Source: Bispira polyomma
Lineage: Eukaryota
Direction of reading: 5' to 3'
Length of the DNA: 64,000 bases
Assembly: GCA_965649765.1 (NCBI GenBank)
Contig: OZ287748.1
Coordinates: forward strand, 105,090,001-105,154,000
The position numbers and the translations under genes are program-made. A model generated the notes under the pieces. It made no database searches, was not told the DNA's origin, and saw only the letters and a list, made by a program, of their open reading frames with translations. The number at the start of each line of letters is the position of its first letter. Position 1 is the first letter of the stretch. Below are positions 39,721 through 53,800 of this stretch, piece after piece.

Positions 39721-42700
39721 TAGATTTACTACCCAATGGCTGGAGGGTGTTATACTAGTCAGGTGGAAAGGTCTTATAATAGCACAGATTTTGGTGCTCG
39801 TGTTGTTACTATAGGTTTTTGTCCAGGTTACCAGTACACGGTCAGACCGACACGCCCCCCCCCCTTTTGTTTTCTCTCTCCACTGTGGGAGGAGTAGGAG
39901 ACGACCATAATCAACACATGCCTAACCACAGGGAGAAAGCCTGATCGGAATTGACTGATTGAGGAGAAAAAAAACTTATAGTGAATAGACAAAAATAAAA
40001 GGCAGCCTAATTACTGAGGGCTAACTTTTTAATTGGTTATAAGGGGAGAGACTAATTACATTGGTCAACTCCTTTCCTTCTTAATTAATAAGAGCAGTGC
40101 CTAATTGTATATTTGGTACTCTTATAATAGAGAATTACTGGAACTGGGGATTAATTACTTCATCCATTGTTCCACTTAATCAACTAATAATTCCCTTGAA
40201 TACGGTAAAGAAAATTTACAACCAATCTAGGGGTCGATTTGCTGGGCAGCTACCACCAGAAGTAGATGGAAACGCTCCTTGTCCTCCCACACAATGTCCT
40301 GCAAGTAGAACTGTGTGAAGGTATTGAGTGATTTTCAATGACAGGCAGAGGGGATTTGTTCTAGAGACATTCGACTTCGGAAGGCTTTGGAGGCAACAAA
40401 GGCTCTAACATCATGGGCTTTAACTTGATGCAAGTTGCATGACACTTCATAGATTGTAACACATAACCATGGTTTTCTTAATCCAGGATGAAATGGTAGC
40501 AGCAAAAATATCCTTCTAAAAACTCTTTTTGAAAGAGACGAAGACTAATTTCTTATCTGTTCTTATATCACTTGTTGTGTCCAAGTAATAACGTAAAGGC
40601 TCTGATCGTGCATAGGGAACGATCCTCTGGGTGAAATCTGTCTACGGACAGGGCTAGGGCCGGTATCTCCACAGGGGCTACACTACCCGGTCCGTCGTGG
40701 CCAGAAAGGAAGGGGAAGAATACACGGAAACTTTTGACCAATCCTGCTCGTGTCTAATGTTCTCATTTACCCAAGCATGTATTTTACTTCTCCGTTTTCC
40801 CGAAGCTAAAGCCATAAGAAAAAAGTGTTTTTTTTTAAGATTAGCCTTCCCTAAAGGTATAAAGGGGGCTTTCGGGAGTTGCTAGAGAAAGGAGAGGTTT
40901 CAAGCTGGAACTCCCGGTCTGTCTTTGGGTTTATCCCTATGGAAACTATCCAGTAGTCCGTTGAGGTTCTCTTCCTTACTGATATTGATCACAAACCGCT
41001 TTTAGCTCTAGGAAAGTTTACGTGCAGTTTCTTTTCCGGGACAGTCCATACGCCTTTTGCAGTCTGCCCATCTATGTATGCGCCCCAGCCTTCGTTTGAG
41101 GAGTCTGTAAAAATCTGCACAGCACAACGAATGGGGTGGAGAGGTTGACCCGGAAAAAAGTTTTTGGGGTCTAACCACCAACTTAGGTGGGTGTGGAGTG
41201 CTAGGGGGATACTCTTCTCCAATGACTCTGGTAACCGCCAGTTGCTTTTGAGGTGCCACTGGAGAGGTCTCATGTGGAGCCTGCCTGATGGCACTAACTT
41301 CTCTATTGATGTTAGGCCTATCAGTGACATGAATTGCCGGACTGAGCAATGGCCTTGGGAAATCAATCTTGTCAGTTACTGCTTTCCCTCTTTCTTGTGT
41401 CGGGCGAACTCGGCCCGATTGGAGGTCGTATTGATAACCCACAAAGTCAAAGACCTGATTGGTTATCAATTCCGACTTCTCCATGTTTAGCAACCAACCT
41501 AGTGTTTGTACTAAAGAGACCAGTTTCTAAGTTTGTTGGTAACAGATTTTCCTGAATGGGGCTCTGATTAACCAGTTGTCTAGGTACTAGTGTAATCGGA
41601 TTTCTGACCTTTGTGCCACGACCTTGACCAGGAAGGTAAACTCTAGGGGGGCAGTGGATAGGCGGAAGGGTAGGGCCTTGAATTGGTAAGTGATTCTGTT
41701 CAAAGAGAATCTTGTGTATTTCCGTGACCTTTTGTTTATGGTGATGTGGAAATACGCATCGCTAAAGTCGATTGAGGTTACCTATTCGTTTGTTTAAAGT
41801 GACAGTCTGATTGATTCTGGGGTTTCCATTTTTACCTTTTTGACCTTGAGATAGAGGTTTAAGGTACGGAGATCTAGAATGGGGCGCCACTTTCCATTTG
41901 GTTTGGGGACCAGGAGGAGGTTGTAAAAACCCAGAGAGCTTAGAGTGGAGACTTTCTCCACAGCTTGTTTGTCTACTATGTTTTGAATGCTTTCTCTTAG
42001 AGCTGCATTTCTCGGAGGATTTTAGTACCCCCTTGTTATCGAGGGAGATCTTGTAAGCGGGGCTTCTTTTGAGAAGAAAGTTAGTACCCGCTTGTATTAA
42101 AGATACAGCACGGGGAATGGCTTCTAGTGACCTTCATTGTTCCCAGTAGGACTGGAAGTGACCTTTCACAGGGGGGTGATTGGCAACATTTCTGACATTT
42201 GAGACAATTGGGGCAAGGCTTAAGTAAGGAGCAAAAGAAAAAACTTTTTAATTGGTCTTTTGTTACAGAAGGTACATGAAAGGCAACAATGTCTCAGAAT
42301 ACATTTGTCTTGGGAGACAGCCGGTGAACACCGGGAACATCTTTTACAATATGTAGAGGTTCTTTTCTACAATATTTACACAATCCATACCATGAAAATT
42401 GTCTGCAATACAAGCACCATTTAAGCTGTTGAGGCCGGGAACCTGTTTTGTAGGGGTGATACTGTGATTGAGAACCACAACATCCCCAGTAGGTGCTCCC
42501 ACGACCGTTTCCACGTCCACGCGGGGCTGAATGGTATGATCCCCATGACGGGGTAGTATCCGGAGCCTGACTAGTAGAGGTAGCCTGCGTAATGGATTGG
42601 TTGGTCATTTGGTACGGGCTGTACCGGCAACTTTAATTCTGGGAGCCAGACTTACTCTGGACCTGAGCGGCAGTAGCTCAGTCTGGCAGATTTCCTCTTC

Positions 42701-44724
42701 CACCGACCGGATGGTAGTGTCTTCGAAAAGACCAGGGATATCAAAGGGCCCATTTTTCAATTTATTTAAGGTATCCGTGCAGATGCCACTCTTGAACAGT
42801 GGTAAATATGTGTCTCTCCTCATTAAAATAACATTGGCAGTGGGAGAGAACATAATGTAGGCCTCGTCTTGGACCAACTTTCCAAAAATGTAGCTCACAT
42901 TCTTGCAGAACTCTTGTCTCTTTAAATGTTCATCAATGTAGGCCGACGACAAGCCCATATAACCCCGGTAGGGTCTCGGCTTGTGAACTGGATTCCTTAA
43001 TCCTAGCTCCAGCGACATACCAGTTCTCATTAAGGTTAGTAGCACACTTGGTGTTGGCCGCACTGTGGTTACAAATTAAGGTTCCTTCCCTGAGGGAACG
43101 TTCCATCTTCCTAATGCCTTCCTGTGGAAGGCGTCTGAGGGGTGGAGCAGTGGAGGACAGCTTGTGCTTGAAAATTCTCTGGCACAAGGAATTGAGAACA
43201 GCTAGAGATGAGGACCACGTCCTGGCAGCCGGGAGGTGGTCGAGTAGGAAAAATTTAGTGACATTTTCCTTTGTGAGTGTATTTGGCGGGTACCATCTCA
43301 GCTGTGATTTCGGGGTCTGATAAACTGATCAGGGTGCAGGGTACCACCCTCTGCCCCTTTGGTGGTGTACCTGTGTGTGGCAACACAATAAAAGTCATTC
43401 CATTTCCTGAGAAGCCACGGGTCGGCAGGAAGTTCAGCTGAAACTTTTCCTACCTGTTGTGATCTAAGACCCTGAAAGGGATTTTCTGTATTTGCAGGGA
43501 GGTGCTCAACATCAGTGATGTGGGTCCATCCCATAAAGTGTCTGATAGACCTCATTAGCATTCTTTCGACACAGTGGTGAGTTCCGGTGATACGTTATTA
43601 GCCTCAGAGGCTAGGTCCTCGTCTTGACCTGGTTGTTGAAATCCAAAAATTTCCCCTTCTTCTTGAGTAGAAAGTTCTATTTCCACTTTTAGGTCAGTGC
43701 CGCTAGATATAACTATAGGGGGGTCTTGAGAGACACAGTAGCTGACACCAAGGCACTTGAGGGTACATATCCGGCAGGAAAGTGGGTATGACCACATTAA
43801 CACTGTCCGCAAAAACTGGGTTGGGTTTTGCTACCAGAGGTCTGGGTACAGTACGAGTAGTCGGAGGGGAGCGCATCTGACCTTTGAAAGACCTTTCTAA
43901 TTAATACAGGCTAACGCTAGTAGCGGTAGTCGCCTGTGTAGTCAGTGGTTTAAAAACCTGTTGTTGAACTGGTGGTTAAACTGGTTTTGGTTGAGTCAAC
44001 ATGAGAATATTCTCCGAAAGCGGTAGGAAGGTCGGTACCATCTTTTGCTCCATGGTGGTCATTCTTTCAGACCACCCTGCAAAGAGAGATTTAATCTCTG
44101 TCATAAGGATAACTGGAGAGATCTGGGGTTCATCAAAACCTGGAGGAGGTCTAACTTCCCTCTTAAATGGAGGAGTGCTGGGAGCCAAATACGAGAGTTC
44201 TTTGAACCCCAGAGGGTGAGACATACAAGTATCTAGTCTAGCGGGAGACTCGCCAGTAGATCCAACAGAGGTGCCAAGAACTGCTTCTAAATCCTTTTCA
44301 ATAATGATTTGTCCTTCAGCAAAAGCTGAACCCACTAAGAGTAAATCCGACTCTGTTTTCTTGACTTTCCCAATTTTGTAGGCAGGTTTAGATATCAGTT
44401 GACGCTGAGATGGGGTGAATTTAAGGCACACCTTTTGTGTTTGGTGTGGACCGGCATATGCCTACGTATACTAGTGTAATAAAATTTACTGTCTAACCTA
44501 CTCTCCAGCTGTTGATTGTTCTTTTCTAGATGGTCCAACTTAGCCATGATCATCTCTAGTGGGTTAGCAATCAAAGTCGACGTAGTGGCGCATACTGTGG
44601 AGGATTCTGGAGCATGTTGCTGATATTCTGTGGTAATCTCGGAAGTTGTTCTGTTCATCAAGCACTTGTTCCCTCGGGCCATGTGTGCCGTAGATTCTTC
44701 TCTTTCAAGTTGCATGTGTGACAA
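39340..44724 (-). mobile_element. DIRS1-type YR retrotransposon, 5' ITR missing, internally deleted
   Basis: gag-like fragments 42605-44724; RT (GKWRPILDL, SIDFSDAYFHI, YLDNWLI); RNH (IFTDSSNEGWGA); YR (ALASGKRRS, HDVRA, CHWKSLNTFTQFY); right ITR and ICR at 39340-39720. Confidence 0.9.
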
Positions 44725-46177
44725 AAAGCAGTTGTCATACTACAAGTAACTACAGGTCTCTCCTACAGCAAAACCTGACCTGTTGCAGAATATCGAGGAA
44801 AGGGCACATCTTGCTGTGGGAAGATGTTCAGTTTAGCTTCAACCTCAAAACCGATACATTTTTAGTATAAAGTGCATGCTGTGATTTAAATTCCATGGAC
44901 TATAATGATATTAGCAATATGGGCCGATAGTTCACCACAGTTTTCCTTTCAAGGGTTGCACTCTCAGCTAGGCAAAACCTAAATACCAAGCTATATGTAC
45001 CTAAATGTTGGTGAGACTGAACTGTGGTGCTTTACATCCACCATCAACTCTAATTTTATCAAAGAATTGATTTTTGTATTCAGTGCATAATTAGAAGACG
45101 TGTCTGGTATCTGATACTTAACTTTCTAGTACTTTTTTAATAAGCACAAGGTACCATGCTACTTGCTTTATCTAAAACTAATTCTCTATCCAAGGGAATT
45201 TTAAAAAGTACCTGAAATTTATTTGAAGAGACTCGATATAGGAGTTTAAAATAAAATTATCTGCCTTTAAACTTGAAGTATAAAGAGTTGATAATATAAT
45301 GTAACAAACTATCACAAACATAATAATAACATGTCAAATATTATACTATCACAGATTAAGCTGTATCTGTCATAATATTCTGCGTTGTTATTTTCAGTAC
45401 ACAAATTGTCTATACAAATAACTATTTATAGAATTAAAATAAACTTATTATTAAACCTATGAAATGGAATGGTCCTATCAATACCACCTTCTGTCAGGTA
45501 GAACTTATATAGATATAAGGGGCCTCGGTGGGGCAGTGCTGATTTGCAGCCCTCGTGAATTGAGCCCGCAAATATGCGAGAGGCATGGGGGCTAAATTTT
45601 TTTACTTAATGTTCATAGAAGACTGAGAAACGAACCTTCGCAGTCACGGAAGGTCTCAAAATTACCCAATTTTTTAAATCCTGTAAACATTGTTAAATAC
45701 TGTCCTAGTTTCTGATGGGATGTGATACAGCTATTGATCCATATATATAGATATTATGTGTTATTATTATGTTCCCACTTTAGAACAAGAAATCAGAATG
45801 CAGCCGTTCTGGGTCGCATAACCTAGTTTTGCGATGGAGTTCTCGCCCAAAAGTACCTTAATTAAACAGGAATTTTACAAATGCCATTTTTGTGTATTTC
45901 CTAATATAAACTTTTGTGTACATATACTACTGCACATTATGATGTGAACTTCAAAAAATAAGCAATTGTTTCAAAATCCAATTTTAATATTTTTGTTTTC
46001 TTGTTGGCTTTTATAGCTCTATAAACGACCTTCACTTATAAACTTACGTCCACCTAGTGAGTTCTATAAAATGAAATTGCTGGTTTCTTATAGAGTACAT
46101 GTAAATTAATTCAAAATTAATTGTATTATAGCCCACGTCATATATTTTTTCGCTGATAAAAGCCAAAAACTTCATAA

Positions 46178-47212
46178 AACTAGACCTAGCGCATCAGAGA
46201 ACAGATGCATATTTGCATCCACCAGAAAGAAAAAGCACCCCAGGTAGCAAGCACCCTAGCTGGCACCCAAGTTAGAAGCCTTGGATTTCTTAAAGGGCAT
46301 TTATGCTAAAGCCTTAAATGGCACAAATGGATTTACATTGCAAAACTGTGGGACCAATAATAAGTGTGAGATAGGCACTTTAAAATTTAGCCTACCCGTT
46401 TGACCTTGTACAAGGGGTCCAAGGTCAAACCTGACCACAGCAAAAGATTACCAGCCTATGATTTTCTATAGATTGGTTTCACATCCCAAACCTCTACAAC
46501 CAATAATAAGCAAGATATAGGCACTTTTAAGTTTGACCAAGACTGGTCTTGAACGAGGGGCCCCAAGGTCAAATCTGAGCACATCAAAAGATTCCCAGTC
46601 CATGATTTTCTATAGGTTGCTTTGGTACTCCAAACCTCTTGGACCAATAATAAGTGAGATATAGGCACTTTTAGGTTTGGCCATTACTGTTTGACCTTGA
46701 AAAAGAGGCCAAAGGTCAAATCTGAGCACATCAAAAAGATTCCCTGCTCATGATTTCCTATAGGTTGGTTTAAGATCCCAAACCTCTAGGACCAATATTA
46801 ATCGAGATATAGGCACTTTTAAGTTTGGCCAAAATCGGTCACTTGGGGTACTTTGGCACTCTGTCGATGACCTTGAATAAGGAGATTCAAGGTCAAATGT
46901 CTGCATGCTTATATACAGGACATAAATATCTGTCAAACCTATCACCCGTGAAGAGAGTCAGCCTTTTACAGCTGAGAAACAGACACAGTTAAAAGTCTGA
47001 TTATTTTCAAGAAACGCCTGTGGCGGCCATCTTGCTTTTTTAAAATCAGGCCAAAATCTAGGCAAGTTTTTGTAATAAAGAACATTTTCTGTGAATTTAA
47101 GGAGGTGTAAAAATTTTCCCAGCAGAGAGGTAACGGTAAAATCTCTACACACACTGGTGCGGCGGCTTAACATAATCCATAGTATCCACCAGAGTTATCC
47201 GGTGGATACAAT
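46178..47212 (+). mobile_element. HINE-like element with internal tandem repeats of about 105-110 bp
   Basis: AACTAGACCTAG start; repeats GATATAGGCACTTTTAAGTTTG..TTGACCTTG..CAAGGTCAAA; 3' hairpin GTATCCACCAGAGTTATCCGGTGGATAC. Confidence 0.8.
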
Positions 47213-47801
47213 AATACCTTACAGAGATGAAAACTAAGGCATCTAATCGTATTTTAATTTAATTTTAGGGCAGAATAGGTCGTACTTGACAATTTTATTA
47301 GAATCCATTAGAGACCATGATGTGGATCTCAAAGCTACTTTCACCCGAAACTGATGTAATACTTTAACACAAAGCTGTGTAAACAAGGAAGAAATGGTCC
47401 ATTTTTAGAAGATTTGCCATAATTATACACACATTGATATATGGATTGTATGGCACATAATACGTATTAAGATGACAGTTAAAATGTACCAATCACCAAA
47501 TAACTAAAACATATGTCACTTAGTATAATTTGTACCAATCAGAATGCAAATACGCTACCGATAAACTGAATTAAAAGTCACACAAAAGTTAAGCAGTGTA
47601 GGTCCGACAAAACTCTTTCACACGCAATGTTAATATCAGTAGTGCATTTGTGTGTTTCTATTATTAACCCCTAAAAAAAATACAAAATATATAAACTCAT
47701 TATTCGACATGACAATACAAATGAATATGTTTTGAATGATTTTTACTTTAAATGCACTTTGTTTACATGACACAGTGTCTTCCATTGTTCGTTAAAGCCG
47801 C

Positions 47802-50800
47802 TCATTCTCTCGAGTGGTTGCACCTTGTCTTGCGGTCGGCCTGTTTCAAGTTCACTGACGTATTAAGCTGCTTGGCTCGGAGCCGAGACCAGACAACATG
47901 ATCAGACAGGGCCAGGATCTGCGCGGCCTGCAGTGCTGCCGCCTCTGGGCTGATAACTGTACTACAGCCCAAACCTGAAATAACAAGGCACTGAGTGTGA
48001 AGCGATTCATCAATTCATAAACAACGTCCAATAAATGTAAAACAGATAGAATACACCCAGCCCACCAGAGAGCTTATAAGTCACTTTAAGGCTTTAGTAA
48101 CTCAAACCCAAAAATGATAGCCACTTAACCACGTTTTACATGTTACGACAGAAAAACCTTCAACCTACACTACTTTTGTTATTAAGTCCTCAAAGTCAAT
48201 TTGTAAATACAAGCTTTCAATGTATGATGAGTCAAAATGATAAATGAGGAATTAAATAACAATTCAAGTTCAATTTTATAATTTTTAAGATATGTTTTAA
48301 CAATTTATCAGCAAAGAAAATTACATATAACAAGGAGTAAAATTGTCAGAAAAGTATCAATATTTGTCCAAGTACACCCTTCATAAACGTGACACAAAGC
48401 ACATACATATAAGGCATCAATACTACAATACTGCACACCACCAGATAAACAAAGATTTCAGCATTATTTTGTGTGATTTACTTTTTCTATAAAATTCACT
48501 AATCTCAGAAGTACTCAAAGTTATTATATTGCAAATTCAACATTGAACTAGACCTAGCCCATCAGAGAACCGATGCTATATGTATCCACCATAAATACAA
48601 AGCACCCTAGGTAGCAAGTACCCTAGCTAGCACCCAAGCTAGAAGCCTATGATTTCCAATAAGGCATTTATGCTAAAGCCTTAAATGGCACAAGTGGGTT
48701 TCACATTGCAAACCTGTGGGATCAATAATAAGTGTGACCTATGCACTTTAAAGTTTGGCCTATCCATTTGACCTTGCACGAGAGGTCCAAGGTCAAATCT
48801 GACCACAGCAAAAGATTACCAGACCACGATTCCCTATAGGTTGGTTTCACATCCCAAACCTCTACAACCAATAATAAGCGAGATATAGGCACTTTGAAGT
48901 TTGACCAAGACTGACCTTGAACGAGGGGCCCAAGGTCAAATGAGACTACATGAAAAAATTCCCGGGCTTTGATTTTCTACTGGTTGGTTTCATATTCCAA
49001 ACCTCTAAGACCAGTAATAAGCGAGATATAGGTCAAATCTGAGCACATCAAAAGATTACCAGCCCATGATTTTCTATAGGTTGGTTTGGCACTCTAAACC
49101 TCTGGAACCAATAATAAGTTATCTAGGCACTTTTAAGTTGTGGCCATCCACATTTGACCTTGAACGAAGGGCCCAAGGTCAAAACGGACCATATCAAAAG
49201 ATTCCCAGGCCATGATTTCCTTTAGGTTGGTTCGTATCCAAAACCTGTTTGACCAAAAATAAGAGATATAGGCACTTTTCAGTTTGGCCATCCCTGTTTG
49301 ACCTTGAAGATGAGGCCCAAAGTCAAATCTTAGCATATCAAAAGATTCCCTACTCATGATTTCCTATAGGTTGGTTAGATCCCAAACCTCCAGGAAAAAT
49401 ATTAAGCGAGATATAGGCAGTTTTAAGTTTGGCCAAAATCGGTTACTTGGGGTACTTTGTCACTGTGTCAATGACCTTGAATGAAGAAATTCAAGGTCAA
49501 ATGTCCGCATGCTTATACAGGAGATATATATCTGTTAAACAGATCACCCCTAAAGAGATACGACCTTCTACAGCTGAGAGACAGACACTAATTATCTTCA
49601 AAGAAAAGCCCATGATGGACATCTTGTTTTTCAAAATAAGGCCAACATTACTCGCAGGCAAGCTTTTGTAATAATGAACATTTCCTGTAAATATCAGGAG
49701 ACTAGATGCAAAAGATTTCCTAGGAGAGTGGTAACGGTAAAATCACTACATACAATGACGCGGCGGCGGTGTAACAAAGCGTAATCCAATGTATCCACCG
49801 GAGTTTTAAATTTTGCACAACATACACCAAAACATCAGATATTTTTAACTCCATTTTTTGTCAAGAAGCTATATGGGTGAAAATAAGGATAATTTCATTA
49901 AAATTATAGCTAGCTATTGTTTTACTTTGTATAAACACCCAAATTACCTATTTTAATAATTTGTTTTTCACATAACTTTGCTTTAAACCTGATTTAAACC
50001 ATATAAACTAGCTTATCATCAAGGACTGATCAGAAACTAACCAAAGCTATGTTATAAAATCAGTCATCATGCATTTCCTCTGAACATAAGGTGTAACTTA
50101 TGTAAAAACTATCTACTTTAAGGCCGATAATATAATATTTTGACGAATATCCCCAATTTCCGAAGATATGCATTTGACCAAATCGGCTCTGAAACTTGTT
50201 TTTAAAAGCTAACCCAAGTGAACCATCGATCTTTGGCAAAGATCGTTGCAGCACTACCAAAGATCACCATGGTAGCCACTCACCAGAAGGTAGCCTCAGT
50301 GATGACCACACATCTTGGGCCCCCCAGTCTGGTTTGGTGGGTGGGCAGTTGATGACGGGCCAGGTAGCGTTACCCGCCAGTACGGGACCCAGTCCATTAC
50401 TTCTTCCAGCTACGGCAATAAACACAGTAGGCATGGCCGCACCTGGTAAAGGCATTGTATATAAACCAATGGTTAGACAATTACAGGTGATGTTACCCAC
50501 CAGTACAGGACCAAATCCATTACTTCTCCCAGCTACAGCAATAAACACCACTTAGGAACACCTCCACCTGGTGAAGGTATTGTATAAACTAATGGTTGGA
50601 CATTTACAGGTGTCCCAACACCAAATCTCAAGAATTTTCTTAACCTCAGACAATCTAATTCTTTAACACAATATTTTCAGCTAATTGTCGAGAGACAAAA
50701 TATCTTTGTAAAATACCTTTAGGCGGACTAAACTACTGTTTAAATACACTCTCCAATACACAAGTGTTTGATGTCACAGAATTTGAGGAAAAAAAATATG

Positions 50801-53800
50801 GAATTCCCCTCCAATTTCGCCATTTTGAAAAGAAGTAGTCTGTCATATATACAAATATTATTATATATATTACATTGTTTTAGACAGGCCTGTCGACCTG
50901 TCTACCCTTCGGACTGTCGAATTGTCTACCCTTCAACCTGTCCACCTGTCTACCCTTCGGCCTGTCTACCCTTCGGCCTGTCTACCTGTCTACCCTTCGG
51001 CCTGTCTACCTGTCTACCCTTCGGCCTGTCTACCCTTCGGCCTGTCGACCTGTCTACCCTTCAGCCTGTCTACCCTTCGGCCTATCGACCTGTCTACCCT
51101 TTGGCCTGTCTACCCTTCAGCCTGTCGACCTGTCCACCCTTTGACCTGTCCACCCTTCGGCCTATCGACCTGTCTACACTTCGGCCTGTCTACCTGTCTA
51201 CCCTTCGGCCTGTTGACCTGTCTACCTTTCGGCCTGTCGACCCTTTGGCCTGACTACCTGTCCACCTAGCTAAAAATACAATATTAAACATTTCACCCAC
51301 AAAAATTTGATGTGAAGATATTTTTTTATGTTTTCATGACATGCCAATCTGTCGACATGACAATTTATATATACATATATATATATCACCTATATATGAG
51401 ATGTATATATATATAGAGAAACTATATTTTATCAAATATCTTTTACACATGAATTCCTACACAGAAGTATATGTATTCATACACAGGGAGGGTTATAACA
51501 GCAAAGACAGATCTCCATATGCCTTTACCTTCATACTCGGCCAGTATCTGGAGTGTGTCCTGTGTGGTTTTATGAGCGGACGACACGCGCAGCTCACACG
51601 GCACTCCCAGAGAGGAGCAGACAGCCCGGATCTTCTCACAGTGGTCCATATCCGAGGGAGATCCCATCACCACGGCAACACGACCACGCGGATCACACCT
51701 TAGACTCTATTATATACAGTAGAACCTCTATTATCCAAACTTCTATTATATCCAAATATACGACACTCTCCTAAATTTGTTTACCTATTGTTTTGTACAC
51801 AAATGTGAGCAATCATCGATTAATAGTAGGGGTGAGACGGGCCCTAAAAAAGCACCCCGATTAATCAGTAGCGTCTAACCGGTTCGAAACCGGGTACCCG
51901 TAAATTTAGTATGCACCAATCTCAGAAACCCGTCTAACAAAATGGCGGCTGATGTAAACAAAATCTTACGAAAAATAAAGGCAAATATCTGGGGGAATAT
52001 TGGAAATTAGAAGAAAAACGCATGTTGGGTGCTCTAATTTAACCAAAGTTATTGTTTTGGTGAAGATATTTATAACTAGAAAACGGTTTTTGATAACAAA
52101 AACGAAGCGTCCCTAAAGTTGAAATAATAATGAAATTGTTTAGTGTACAAGGTTTGATATTGTTTAAAAGTTGACATATAAGCAGAATCAGCACTTTTGG
52201 TCAATGTCAGCTCGAAAAGGATCACCATTTCCGAGATGACAGACGTTTTCTAAAAAGACGCAGAAATTGAAGATGGTTGCCCAAATCAAAAATTACTATA
52301 AAAATTTACATAAAAGAAAAATCAGCCCTATGAGTCGAAAAGGAGCTTGAAATCGCTCTATCTAGCACCGTTTCTGAGATAAAGGACATTTTCGAAAAAG
52401 ACGCAGAAATTCAAGATGGCCGCCAAAATGTAACATTTTTTTAAAAGTTTACATTTAAGTAAAATCAACCCTGTGGGTTGAAAATTAGCTCGAAATCGCT
52501 CTATCTAACAACGTTTCTGAGATAACGGACATTTTCGAAAAAGACGCAGAAATTCAAGATGGCCGCCAAAATTTAAATTTTTTCAAAAGTTTACATATAA
52601 GCAAAATCAACCCTGTGGGTCGAAAATGAGCTCGAAATCGCTCTTTCTAGCACCGTTTCCGAGATAACTGACATTTTCAAAAAAGACGCAGAAATTCAAG
52701 ATGGCCGCCAAAAATTGAAAAAATGTTTTAAAAGTTTATGTATAAGAAAAATCAACCCTGTGGGTCGAAAATTAGCTCCAAATTGCTCTATCTAGCACCG
52801 TTTCAGAGATAATGGACATTTAAAAAAAAAACCTTAATTTTTAAAATTTTTGAAATTTAAATCATTTTATATCAGTAACGATCGCATATTTTTGGATGGG
52901 GTAAAAAATAAATAAAAATTCAGGCTATTCTATAAAAGTTACGCGCTGCATGTACTGGTCTAAAATTAAAAATAAAAAAAATCCTCACACGCTCAAAAAA
53001 GCACAAATCAACAAATTTTTTTCCCCATTTTGCATGATTGATCGACCCTGTCAATCAGTCAATTATCACCAGATTGATCTAAAAATTTACGAACATCTAT
53101 GCTTTGGTATTTGCAATGTGCATCCCAAATTTCATTGAACTATGACAAGTACTTCAAAAGAAAAGTTCATAAAAGTGCAAGATGGAGCAAAATAGAGCAA
53201 AATACTCATTTGAAGTACTCAGTACTCATTGAGTACTGGACTTAGAACTGTGAATTTTTTACATCATACATAAAATCAAAAAGTAGATGAATAACTTATA
53301 CCAAGAAAAAGCCGAAATCCCAATAGTTTCCGAGATAGCAAAAAGTACCGATTTTTCGAATTTCAATAAAAATCAATCGGTTGGCAATCAGTCAATTATC
53401 ATCCGATTAATCTCATCAGCGTCTCCCGTCCTGTAAATTGCCTTACTAAGGTACATACCAAATTTCATTAAGCTATAATGAATACTTTTTGAGAAAACCT
53501 AGTAACAAGCACTTTTACACCCCCAGGGTCACTTGACATTTAAGTAGGCCAAAGTTTAAAGCCAAGAATATGAAAAAAATTTCCCACTCCTGGTTAAGAG
53601 AACTGCCAAAAATAATTTTGATGCAGATAATATTGAAGGAGATATTCAAGGAAGACCATGCGGCGGCGGCACAAGCGGCGGTGAGGAAACCAGGGGTGAA
53701 ATCAAATAAGCGCCCTTTTCAAGGGACCCTTAATTACAAGCGATAATATAAGAGTTTTAACTTAAAACATACACGTTTTCGGGTCCTCGAATCGCAAATT

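Noticed and set aside
50768-51269. ORFs of 161 and 115 aa
   Set aside because: They are translations of a stop-free minisatellite on the antisense strand of an intron.
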